32,000 nt of DNA from Candidatus Saccharimonadota bacterium (GCA_001029695.1 CP011211.1:270001-302000); one strand, 5' to 3'; shown: positions 7,940 through 15,320, counted from the first letter of the stretch. Numbers and translations are program-made. The notes: generated by a model not told the origin, from the sequence alone.

Positions 7940-8174
7940 ATAACACCTCTTTCAAAGATCAATTCGCCCAGATCGCAAATAGGAACAGTGTAATTAATAC
8001 TATATCAGCTTATGACATGAATAGCAAGATAGGCCATTTCACATAACCCCTCGGACTAGTCGCATCTCCTATTAATAATAGTAACTGGGGTGGTGGTTTG
8101 TAACTCGTCATAATATCTACTTAACGCATGGAGCGTTGAAATATTTATAGTGATTGTTTCGTATAATGAGCATG

Positions 8175-8693
8175 ATGGAAGAAAAAGAACGCATAGCTCA
8201 AATAATATCAGGCAATACCGAAATGTATCGCACCCTCGTAGACCGATATCAAACGGGTCTCATTATCCACTGTGAAAATATCCTCAAGGATAGACAGGAC
8301 GGTGAAGATGTAGCGCAAGAAGCATTTATTAAGGCATACAAAAATTTATCAGGATTCGAGACTGAGAAAGCCAGCTTTTCTACTTGGCTATACCGTATAG
8401 CAACTAATCTTTGCATCGACATGCTTCGAAAGAACAAACGAAAAGTACATATCGAAAATATAGAGCTTCATCTTGAGGCAATACTTCCGAAACATATTGA
8501 ACAGGAAGAAGTTGAACACATCCGAAAGCTCGTATCTGAGCTCGAACCACCAAAGTACGCAGAAATCATCAAAGCTTATTTTTGGGAAGGCAAAAGCTAC
8601 CAGGAACTTGCCGACGCCTACGGCACCAGCACCGGAACCATCGGAACATGGATGAGCCGCGCGAAAACACAACTCAAGGGGAAGCTTGTATGA
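8175..8693 (+). CDS. ECF-type RNA polymerase sigma factor (sigma-70 family, group 4)
   Basis: Region 2 reads DGEDVAQEAFIKAYKNL ... FSTWLYRIATNLCIDMLRK. Region 4 reads SYQELADAYGTSTGTIGTWMSRAKTQLKGKL. The start is ambiguous (TTG 8154; ATG 8166, 8172, 8175). 8175 was chosen because TATAAT (8162..8167) + 7 nt + ATG fits the leaderless pattern. Confidence 0.85.
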   Translation: MEEKERIAQIISGNTEMYRTLVDRYQTGLIIHCENILKDRQDGEDVAQEAFIKAYKNLSGFETEKASFSTWLYRIATNLCIDMLRKNKRKVHIENIELHLEAILPKHIEQEEVEHIRKLVSELEPPKYAEIIKAYFWEGKSYQELADAYGTSTGTIGTWMSRAKTQLKGKLV

Positions 8694-9943
8694 AAGATAT
8701 AAACTTCGATACCCTCCTACTAGCTGCCAAGCCAGATCGCTTTTCGGGTGACGCTCAATTTACAGATACGGTTATGCAAAAAGTACAGGATTCTGAAATA
8801 TTATCGTCTACCGTTCGTACTATGAATGTCAATAAAAAGGAGACATTCATTATGAAATTTAAGCATCTGCCGAGAATCGCTATTGTAGCAATCGCAGTAG
8901 GCGCATTGGTTATTGTTTCAACCAGTGCATATGCCGCATATCAATTATTTTGGGCAAAACCTGAAGTGCACATTTTAGAATCGAAAACATCTGTAAGTGG
9001 ACGAGACGAAGTGATACTTTCAACTTCCGGGTGCGACACTGCAAGTTCTACACGATCTGAGCTCAAAAAGGGCGCAACGATTGGAGCAGATCGCATCAGC
9101 GACGTGATACAAGCACACTGCGAGCTACAGGCAATTGAGAATTGGGCTAATCGATCATATGGAGATAAGGCGATGCCCGACCTAGACAGCCTAATAATCG
9201 ACAGCAAGCCGGTCAAACAAACCATTGTTGTTGCATCTATAGCCACGCATCTACAAGCAAAGCAAGGAAACTCATTTACGTTTGCCGGCATAGATACATA
9301 CGGTTGGCCTAAAAGTACACTAAAAGCTGACAACCACGTGAAATATATTGTTGATGGCAAAAATTCAATAGCCGATAAGATAAAAGAAGGTGATCCTGTG
9401 GTCTACGTCGCGACGGGCAATATCACAATGACCCGGAGCCAGGATGGAGGTATCGATGCAGACAATCATCCTAGTCGTACTCTCGTTGCCGTAATAAAAC
9501 TGTCTATGCCTTTTGAAAATTACGACCAACTTGCACGGCAATCATTATCCAAGCGAGAGACATGCTATGGGAATCCAAATGACGATTGTGTTGCAAATGG
9601 AGCATCAATCGACCTGTACACAGGTGGCGGCAATGCCGGGATTTCAGGCAATATGATCATGAGAGAAATCCAAGGAAAAGTTGTCGGACTCAATGGAAAC
9701 AAAACCTCAATCCGATCTTCTAGCGGGACCGTATTTACCGTTACAACACCCACGGATGTAATATCAGATTACAACACGAACAAAGCTGGGCGCTATTACG
9801 ACAATCAGAAGGTAGTAATAGGGAGCAATATCAGCGTAAAATATGTTGACGATAAAGATGCGCAAACTACTGAAATATCAGCGGCATATATGCTATTCCA
9901 GATAGAACTCGTCAGCAAACAAGACCCAACAAAGGCATACTAA
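8690..9943 (+). CDS. putative anti-sigma factor: single-pass membrane protein with a ~330-aa extracytoplasmic domain of unknown fold
   Basis: The ATG at 8690 overlaps the sigma stop (ATGA) and is preceded by SD AAGGGGAAG. A short cytoplasmic N-terminus is followed by a TM helix (IAIVAIAVGALVIVSTSAYAAY). The track start at 8582 lies inside the sigma gene and was rejected. Confidence 0.55.
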   Translation: MKDINFDTLLLAAKPDRFSGDAQFTDTVMQKVQDSEILSSTVRTMNVNKKETFIMKFKHLPRIAIVAIAVGALVIVSTSAYAAYQLFWAKPEVHILESKTSVSGRDEVILSTSGCDTASSTRSELKKGATIGADRISDVIQAHCELQAIENWANRSYGDKAMPDLDSLIIDSKPVKQTIVVASIATHLQAKQGNSFTFAGIDTYGWPKSTLKADNHVKYIVDGKNSIADKIKEGDPVVYVATGNITMTRSQDGGIDADNHPSRTLVAVIKLSMPFENYDQLARQSLSKRETCYGNPNDDCVANGASIDLYTGGGNAGISGNMIMREIQGKVVGLNGNKTSIRSSSGTVFTVTTPTDVISDYNTNKAGRYYDNQKVVIGSNISVKYVDDKDAQTTEISAAYMLFQIELVSKQDPTKAY

Positions 9944-10160
9944 TCGCCCTTAAGTCGCGGCCATATTCAAATAAACCATAGACTAGAGCTAGAGTTTTTT
10001 TGGAGTATTGACCGTAATAGCATTTACCACCGAGGAGATTTAGCCCATCTTAAATAATCCCACTGCCATAAATACACAGCCTCGCAGATAAATGTATTGT
10101 ATAATATTTTAATTTATGTTATAATAATATATGAACCTTAACAGTTTAGCACTCCTTACT

Positions 10161-10207
10161 GAGAACGGCGTTTTGTATACAAACCTTGCATATAATACGC
10201 CGTTCTC
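10161..10207 (+). promoter_or_regulatory. 11-bp inverted repeat enclosing a TATAAT box and a TTGTATACAA palindrome, upstream of the GC-rich gene
   Basis: GAGAACGGCGT-N25-ACGCCGTTCTC. The loop contains the TTGTATACAA palindrome (10173..10182) and TATAAT (10191..10196). A second hairpin, CCGATGCA-agt-TGCATCGG, follows at 10225..10243. Confidence 0.45.
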
Positions 10208-10273
10208 AATCGACAGTTGAGATCACCGATGCAAGTTGCATCGGAGAAGTCTACGGCAAGGAAGAGGGTCATC

Positions 10274-10981
10274 ATGGCCACCACCAAGCAGTTGGTCGGT
10301 ATCACCAGTCAGCACAACGAGATCGTCAAGCGCGTCGGTAACGGCTCGCTCGATCCGACCGTCGTCAAGCAGGCACTCCAAGATATCATCGAGGGCAAGT
10401 TGCCTCAGGTGCAGAATTGGAGTCTGCCAATCTGGTGGCGCACCGCCGAGCAGCAGCTCGAACGAGCCCGTCAGCTCTGGCCGAACGCCGTTCTGCCCGT
10501 ACCACCCAAGGCGTTCACGCCTTGGACAAAGTCCGAGGTATTGCTCCTACACGTGCCGGACAGCTTCGATTCTCTCTGGGACAAGATTGTCGTCCCTGAA
10601 GGCCATGCTGCTAAGTATCGTCGTGAAGATGTCAAGAGCCCTTATCTCACGCCAGTAAAGCATGAGCTTAAAGAGCCTACCTGGCTAGCGTTCGACCCCG
10701 AACACGGCAAGGGTGAGTCCCCTGATTCCTTTTGGGGTCAGAGTGAAGTAAGGCTTGCTGCTAGCGAGATTTTGTCGGCACTGATTCAGTTCCCTAAGTG
10801 GTCGCTCGCGTGGTATGTTAACGACACCTCAGCCCCGTGCCTCTCAGGCTACCAGCTTAGGTACGAGCAGGGTGGACTTAAAGTTCCGTATCTCGATCAG
10901 CGGTCACAGCTGCAACTGCTCGATGTGTCAGCTAGCGAGGGGCTTGACCCCTGGTCGTCTCCCTCAGTCAGGGAGTGCTAA
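10274..10981 (+). CDS. hypothetical protein (235 aa), compositionally foreign (GC3-rich)
   Basis: ATG at 10274 with SD GGAAGAGGG 5 nt upstream (the track start at 10217 is a TTG). Codons are dominated by C/G at the third position (GCC ACC ACC AAG CAG ... ATC GTC AAG CGC GTC). 34 of the first 60 nt are G/C, whereas the flanks are AT-rich. No family recognised. Confidence 0.6.
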   Translation: MATTKQLVGITSQHNEIVKRVGNGSLDPTVVKQALQDIIEGKLPQVQNWSLPIWWRTAEQQLERARQLWPNAVLPVPPKAFTPWTKSEVLLLHVPDSFDSLWDKIVVPEGHAAKYRREDVKSPYLTPVKHELKEPTWLAFDPEHGKGESPDSFWGQSEVRLAASEILSALIQFPKWSLAWYVNDTSAPCLSGYQLRYEQGGLKVPYLDQRSQLQLLDVSASEGLDPWSSPSVREC

Positions 10982-11074
10982 TACTGGAACCTTGGTTCCT
11001 CTAGTGACCAGGAGAGTTTCTATACTTTCCTGGTCACCACACACTCGTCGTACACAACCACCCCAAACTTACCC

Positions 11075-11097
11075 CTCCGCCCTACGGAGTTTTTTTA
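11075..11097 (+). terminator. rho-independent terminator of the GC-rich gene
   Basis: CTCCG-ccta-CGGAG followed by TTTTTTTATTT. Confidence 0.6.
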
Positions 11098-11141
11098 TTT
11101 CCATAAGGATAGATAACACTACTTGATCGTAGTGATTCTCT

Positions 11142-11636
11142 CTACGTCTCAAGAACATGGATTGTAGCCAGTATTTTACGTTGATACGGGTCTCCATCTG
11201 GGAAAAAATCTACTATGCTCAATGCCTTAAAAGTCACTACATCACCTTTGTTGAGGCGTCCGTGAGACTGTACGGTTGCATGAGGAAGGAATCCTTCTTT
11301 TGCGAATTGCGGATCGTTCGGCCTCCAGTCACCCTGCTCCAAGACGTCGATCACATCATTATGCAATTTCGCCAGATCGTCGGTTTTTTCCAGTAAAGCC
11401 ACCCGAGTCTGCCCTTGATCGCCAAAGAATCTGTCATCTCCGACGATAGTACGCACTGGAGCGTATGTAGTCAGCAATCTATCAAGCTTTGTAGTCATCT
11501 CAGAAACGTCCCAGTTGATCGCAAATGTATCTACGACAGTCGCATGAAGCGGCCAGTTATTTGAGGAAAATTGCGTGCCGACGGGCATATCTTCAAAAAG
11601 TTGTATAATAGCGTATTTCTGTGTAAATTGCTGCAT
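11142..11636 (-). CDS. 2H phosphoesterase superfamily protein (LigT / 2'-5' RNA ligase-like)
   Basis: Two H-x-T-x motifs at the expected spacing: WPLHATVV and FLPHATVQ. The 164-aa size is typical of the family. Confidence 0.7.
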   Translation of the reverse strand: MQQFTQKYAIIQLFEDMPVGTQFSSNNWPLHATVVDTFAINWDVSEMTTKLDRLLTTYAPVRTIVGDDRFFGDQGQTRVALLEKTDDLAKLHNDVIDVLEQGDWRPNDPQFAKEGFLPHATVQSHGRLNKGDVVTFKALSIVDFFPDGDPYQRKILATIHVLET

Positions 11637-11805
11637 ATATCCTCGTTCTAGCGCCCCCTCTTTAACGTATACTGTTCGGCCTATCCAGGAACCTGTGCGC
11701 CACTTGAATCTTCTGGGGTCACCAAACCTTATTATAGCTCAAACAGCATACTTAACTTCATACTATTACGACACTCGAATGAGACGTCCAAGATATAGCG
11801 GCATG

Positions 11806-11839
11806 AAAAAGGAGTCAGGTTTTAAGCTGACTCCTTTTT
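11806..11839. terminator. bidirectional terminator downstream of the NADAR gene
   Basis: AAAAAGGAGTCAG-gttttaag-CTGACTCCTTTTT. Confidence 0.7.
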
Positions 11840-11960
11840 CGTTATCATCTCTCCTTCGAGAGTAACGAATAAGATAGGCTAGTCGCCTTTCGCCTCTGAT
11901 GATATCATAAACTTATAAATAAATTTGTCAATTGTTGTCTTGTAAGTTTATGGATACGCT

Positions 11961-12404
11961 TCAGGGAGAGACTGTACCCTTTAACTCCTCACGAATCTTC
12001 ATCAGTATTTTCCCGGTATAATTCCATCCTTTGCCATCCGCCCCACTTCCCCAAAACGAATCTTTAGGGTTCACTTCAACTATTTCTTCAACGCCAGTTC
12101 GCAGCAGTGCTTCCTTTACATCAGGATTTTGGAGCGCCTTTTGGCGGATTATATTCGTTAGAACATCAACTTTCACTTCATTCCAATCTGAACGATGCTG
12201 CGGCTTCAGCTCCTTTCCAAGAGTAAAGGCAGCAATTGGACTTGGACAAGCGACTATCCGGCTACGTAATTCCTCACTTTCAAACTTTTGTGCATGGAAC
12301 GCGTGCTCCGCAGTCGGATATATTACACCATCAATCTTAATTGCATGAGCCGAGAAGTTATGAAAAATAAAGTAAGAGGTTTCGTAATACGGAATAGAAA
12401 TCAT
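11961..12404 (-). CDS. NADAR (YbiA / DUF1768) family protein
   Basis: FHNFSAHAIKIDGVIYPTAEHAFHAQKF (F-S-N-F ... Y-x-x-x-E-H-x-F-Q-A-x-K-F pattern) and the C-terminal DSFWGSG...G.N.TGKILMKIREEL are present. The 147-aa size is typical. Confidence 0.8.
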   Translation of the reverse strand: MISIPYYETSYFIFHNFSAHAIKIDGVIYPTAEHAFHAQKFESEELRSRIVACPSPIAAFTLGKELKPQHRSDWNEVKVDVLTNIIRQKALQNPDVKEALLRTGVEEIVEVNPKDSFWGSGADGKGWNYTGKILMKIREELKGTVSP

Positions 12405-12436
12405 ACCGTTAATAATATCAAATAAGTTAATAACAT

Positions 12437-12462
12437 AAAACGAGCCACTAAGGCTCGTTTTT
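12437..12462 (-). terminator. rho-independent terminator after the NUDIX cassette / tRNA-3'-end relic
   Basis: Minus sense: AAAACGAGCC-ttagt-GGCTCGTTTT followed by ATG. Confidence 0.7.
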
Positions 12463-12464
12463 AA

Positions 12465-12484
12465 TATAATGATCTTGGCTGGGG
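12465..12484 (-). repeat. direct-repeat copy of the tRNA-Gln 3' end plus trailer (18/20 identical to 13072..13091)
   Basis: tataatgATCTTGGCTGGGG compared with taaaataATCTTGGCTGGGG. The 13-nt core ATCTTGGCTGGGG is identical. It covers the last 9 nt of the tRNA (CCCCAGCCA in tRNA sense) and 11 nt of trailer. Confidence 0.7.
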
Positions 12485-12509
12485 CTAGTGGGTGTATTTC
12501 GGGAAAATA

Positions 12510-13022
12510 TTATTTTGCTGCCCGAAGAATCGCGACATCTCGTTTGGACATAAATACAATTCCAATGTCTACGTGTGTTACCCTAGACTCAATCAACCTG
12601 ATCGCCTCATCTAAATTATCGATCCATTGCACTTCAAATCCTTTATCAATTTCACCCTGGGTGAAATCTGGCTCACCTGGTTCACCCTCTAACGACGCTT
12701 TATATGCATACGAAATTTGCTTCATCTTATCAAAATCTCGCCATTCCAGTACTTGGCCTAAAACTTCGGTAACGGTAGCTTTCGAACCCGTCTCTTCTAA
12801 GAGCTCCCTCCTTAGTGCAGCATCTAGACTCTCACCTTCATCAACGCCACCGCCAGGTAGTTTGTAATAGTCACCCTGCCTGACATACATTAAAGCAATA
12901 CGTCCAAAATCGTCACCCAGAACTGCTCTTACCGCCTTTCGCACGTAGTAGCTATCTCTTTCGTCTATTTTTACCGACGAGTCCATTTCATGCTGGTCGA
13001 GTAGTAGAATTGTATTATTCAT
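12510..13022 (-). CDS. NUDIX hydrolase
   Basis: Nudix box GGGVDEGESLDAALRRELLEETG. The upstream sequence TGCTATGAT-atagaat-ATG suggests a leaderless start. Confidence 0.85.
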   Translation of the reverse strand: MNNTILLLDQHEMDSSVKIDERDSYYVRKAVRAVLGDDFGRIALMYVRQGDYYKLPGGGVDEGESLDAALRRELLEETGSKATVTEVLGQVLEWRDFDKMKQISYAYKASLEGEPGEPDFTQGEIDKGFEVQWIDNLDEAIRLIESRVTHVDIGIVFMSKRDVAILRAAK

Positions 13023-13043
13023 ATTCTATATCATAGCAAACAA

Positions 13044-13068
13044 AAAGAACTTCGTTTCGAAGTTCTTT
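13044..13068 (-). terminator. terminator hairpin downstream of tRNA-Gln
   Basis: Minus sense: AAAGAACTTCG-aaa-CGAAGTTCTTT followed by TTG. Confidence 0.65.
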
Positions 13069-13082
13069 AAGTAAAATAATCT

Positions 13083-13157
13083 TGGCTGGGGTGGAGGGAT
13101 TCGAACCCCCGAATGCTGGTACCAGAAACCAGTGCCTTACCACTTGGCGACACCCCA
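13083..13157 (-). tRNA. tRNA-Gln (anticodon CUG), CCA-encoded
   Basis: The reverse complement is TGGGGTG TC GCCA AGTGGTA AGGC A CTGGT TTCTGGT ACCAG CATTC GGGGG TTCGAAT CCCTC CACCCCA G CCA. It folds as a full cloverleaf with a T-loop TTCGAAT and anticodon loop TT-CTG-GT. It resembles E. coli tRNA-Gln as recalled from memory. Confidence 0.9.
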
Positions 13158-13253
13158 CTGGTGTCACGATCAAAATTGCGTGATGGATAATTGATGCTTC
13201 TCATGGGTTTCTGGTATACCTATGATTTTTGCCGCGACGAGCGCGACGGCAGC

Positions 13254-13277
13254 GCCATACCACCTTGGGACACCCCA
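13254..13277 (-). pseudogene. relic of a tRNA-Gln 5' half (acceptor + D-arm only)
   Basis: Minus sense TGGGGTGTCCCAAGGTGGTATGGC compared with the intact gene TGGGGTGTCGCCAAGTGGTAAGGC. Downstream there is no valid anticodon arm and no T-arm. Instead there is a GC-rich segment (GCTGCCGTCGCGCTCGTCGCGGCA) and an A-run. Confidence 0.45.
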
Positions 13278-13326
13278 ATAGCACTACGAATTGTAGCACT
13301 TTTGAGCATTCGGCTCAAGTAGGAGG

Positions 13327-13878
13327 CTACGCTTTTTCGGTTTTTTCGTCAGAAGCTAGCGTTGCGGCTTTTGGTTTAGGAGATTTTTTAGAAACTTTCA
13401 CCTCATAGTACTCACGAATTTCATACAGGAAGTAGAGGCCGACGAGTGCACTTATAAGCGCACCAAGTAGACCACTGAGACTTACGGTAAGTATAATGTT
13501 TGCGACATTTGAGACGATCCCTAGAATCACCGCGAGGAATAAATAATCCCAACCTTTTTTCTCCTGATCTTTCAGTGGCTGCACGGCGAGGCCAGTAATG
13601 ACCGAGATAGCAACCAAGAAAGCAAGCGATAAAATCGATGCAAAAAAGAATATACCACTAAGCGTCGTTACAATCGGCCCGGCAAAGATTGCAACGAGCG
13701 CACCTGCACCAAAGAGCACAAATAGCCCAGGAAGGACCGTCACAGCTCCAACAATAGCTCCGATAAGTGCTATCCACCAAACATTTTCAAACAACCATAC
13801 TCGACCACCCTGTGGCAAATGCGGTACATCCTTAAACCACTGCGCAATTGCACCCTCTAGTTTATGCAACGATTCCAT
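13327..13878 (-). CDS. hypothetical polytopic membrane protein (183 aa)
   Basis: Track ORF with four to five hydrophobic helices and a Lys-rich C-terminal tail. No motif recognised. Confidence 0.6.
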   Translation of the reverse strand: MESLHKLEGAIAQWFKDVPHLPQGGRVWLFENVWWIALIGAIVGAVTVLPGLFVLFGAGALVAIFAGPIVTTLSGIFFFASILSLAFLVAISVITGLAVQPLKDQEKKGWDYLFLAVILGIVSNVANIILTVSLSGLLGALISALVGLYFLYEIREYYEVKVSKKSPKPKAATLASDEKTEKA

Positions 13879-13935
13879 AGCTCATTACTCCCATTTAGAT
13901 ACTTTAAGCATACGCCCAGAATCTCATAAGCGCAA

Positions 13936-14460
13936 CTACGGCTTACGTGAGCGTGCAGCCTTGGCCTTCTGCGAGCCTGATGGCCACATACCCCAAGCAG
14001 ACCATACCGCGAGAACGAAAAGTGCCATCGTCAACAGTACCGCCCACCATCCCACGGGGAGTGAGACCTTTACTCCAAGAAGTCCTATATTATCCAGTAC
14101 ATTGTCCGTAACGTTCGCCCATACAGACAGAAAAATCCATATAAACGCTACGACAATACCCGCATACATACTCACCCACCTCATTAATGGACTAAGTTGC
14201 ATACGGAGAAGGAACGGTAACGCAAATACCTCCAGCGTTACGATAAGTCCAGCGAGCAGCGTAGCAAGTACTGCACTACCCGGCAGCCAAAAACTCTGCA
14301 GTAGCGGTATAAACTTCTCAAAACCATACAACTGTCCAACTGCCATCAGCACTAATAATCCAGCATACACCAGTGCTACAATTCGAACATTTTCGGTCTT
14401 AGGCTCAGAAGGAGGAGTTGTTTGTACAAATAAGCTCATGCCTACAATTATAACACTCAA
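13936..14460 (-). CDS. hypothetical 4-5 TM membrane protein (weak DoxX/MauE-like appearance)
   Basis: Track ORF with hydrophobic helices throughout and a basic C-terminus. The family assignment is only an impression. Confidence 0.55.
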   Translation of the reverse strand: MSVIIVGMSLFVQTTPPSEPKTENVRIVALVYAGLLVLMAVGQLYGFEKFIPLLQSFWLPGSAVLATLLAGLIVTLEVFALPFLLRMQLSPLMRWVSMYAGIVVAFIWIFLSVWANVTDNVLDNIGLLGVKVSLPVGWWAVLLTMALFVLAVWSAWGMWPSGSQKAKAARSRKP

Positions 14461-14605
14461 ACAGAAGTGTTGTTATTTTCAACATTATGCTTGCGCTTTT
14501 GCCAGCCACCATGTATTGTTAAGAACAGCGAAAGTTACAAAAACAAACATACAAACTCCAAAAAAATATGTGTGGCTGTTCGCTCTACGATAACCCACCA
14601 CAACC

Positions 14606-14637
14606 GAAAATACCTTGATGAATATCAAGGTATTTTC
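14606..14637 (-). terminator. rho-independent terminator of trmD
   Basis: GAAAATACCTTGAT-gaat-ATCAAGGTATTTTC is a 14-bp stem located 23 nt after the trmD stop. Confidence 0.8.
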
Positions 14638-14659
14638 ATTTCCAAAAAGTTTCTAGATG

Positions 14660-15313
14660 TTAGTCAGCTTTAAAAGAGTTGTCGGCACGCCATTGAGCGA
14701 TACGCGCATGATTACCGCTCAAGAGCACTCCTGGCACCTTCATACCCTCAAACTCTTCCGGACGAGTATACTGAGGGAACTCAAGCGTTTCACCATCGCT
14801 AAAGCTCTCGATTGCAGCACTCGTCTCACCGCCAAGTACGCCAGGGATAAGTCGTACGATACTATCAATAATCGTCATAGCGGGCAATTCACCCCCTGTC
14901 AGGACATAGTCGCCGACACTCACCTGTTCATCTACAAGCGTGACGATACGCTCGTCGTACCCCTCGTAGCGGCCACATATGAATATGTACCCTTCGCCAC
15001 TATCAGCCCACTGCTGAGCAAGCGATTGCTTCCAGCGCTGACCGCGAGGAGTCATTAAGAGCACTTTCGCTGTCGGATCATTCTCTTTCGCCTTAGCCAC
15101 TGCTGCAAACAATGGCTCCGGCTTGAGTAGCATGCCATCGCCACCGCCATAGGGGGTGTCGTCGACAGTGCGCCTCGGACCTAGGCCAAACTCACGAAGA
15201 TCGATCGTACTGAGCTGTACGATCTCATCTTTTTGGGCCTTCCACATCATAGAATTCTCAAACACACCCGTAAACATTTCGGGAAAAAGAGTAATGACTT
15301 GCAACTTTCTCAT
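14660..15313 (-). CDS. trmD: tRNA (guanine37-N1)-methyltransferase TrmD
   Basis: ITLFPEMF, DDTPYGGGDGMLL, ICGRYEGYDERI and SVGDYVLTGGELPAM are hallmark TrmD blocks. Confidence 0.92.
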   Translation of the reverse strand: MRKLQVITLFPEMFTGVFENSMMWKAQKDEIVQLSTIDLREFGLGPRRTVDDTPYGGGDGMLLKPEPLFAAVAKAKENDPTAKVLLMTPRGQRWKQSLAQQWADSGEGYIFICGRYEGYDERIVTLVDEQVSVGDYVLTGGELPAMTIIDSIVRLIPGVLGGETSAAIESFSDGETLEFPQYTRPEEFEGMKVPGVLLSGNHARIAQWRADNSFKAD

Positions 15314-15320
15314 CTGTTAC

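Noticed and set aside
8040-8153. Possible autoregulated ECF promoter (GTAAC ... CGC) upstream of the sigma gene.
   Set aside because: The spacing is about 19 nt, not the usual 16-17, and the match is to very short motifs. There is not enough evidence to call it.
8582-8689. Upstream extension of the anti-sigma ORF (track start at 8582).
   Set aside because: It lies out of frame inside the sigma-factor region 4 coding sequence. The ATG at 8690, with its SD and ATGA coupling, is a far better start.
10236-11126. Alternative-frame ORFs (10236..10658, 10417..10599, 10815..11126) in the GC-rich region.
   Set aside because: Their Arg/Ser/Pro-rich translations are typical of off-frame reading of GC-rich DNA. 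The 10274..10981 frame has the SD and a sensible composition.
13195-13253. Attempt to fold 13195..13277 (minus strand) into a complete second tRNA, for example tRNA-Gln(UUG) or an intron-containing tRNA.
   Set aside because: Only the acceptor 5' strand and the D-arm are recognisable. There is no 5-bp anticodon stem with a U33/purine37 loop, no T-arm (GTTCGAAT-like), and no matching 3' acceptor strand. It is reported only as a relic.
13598-14593. 331-aa plus-strand ORF, the longest unassigned ORF in the track.
   Set aside because: It runs antisense across two well-formed minus-strand membrane-protein genes and their intergenic spacer. Its translation is low-complexity (Ser/Thr/Ala/Pro-rich) with no start context. 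It is a typical shadow ORF.
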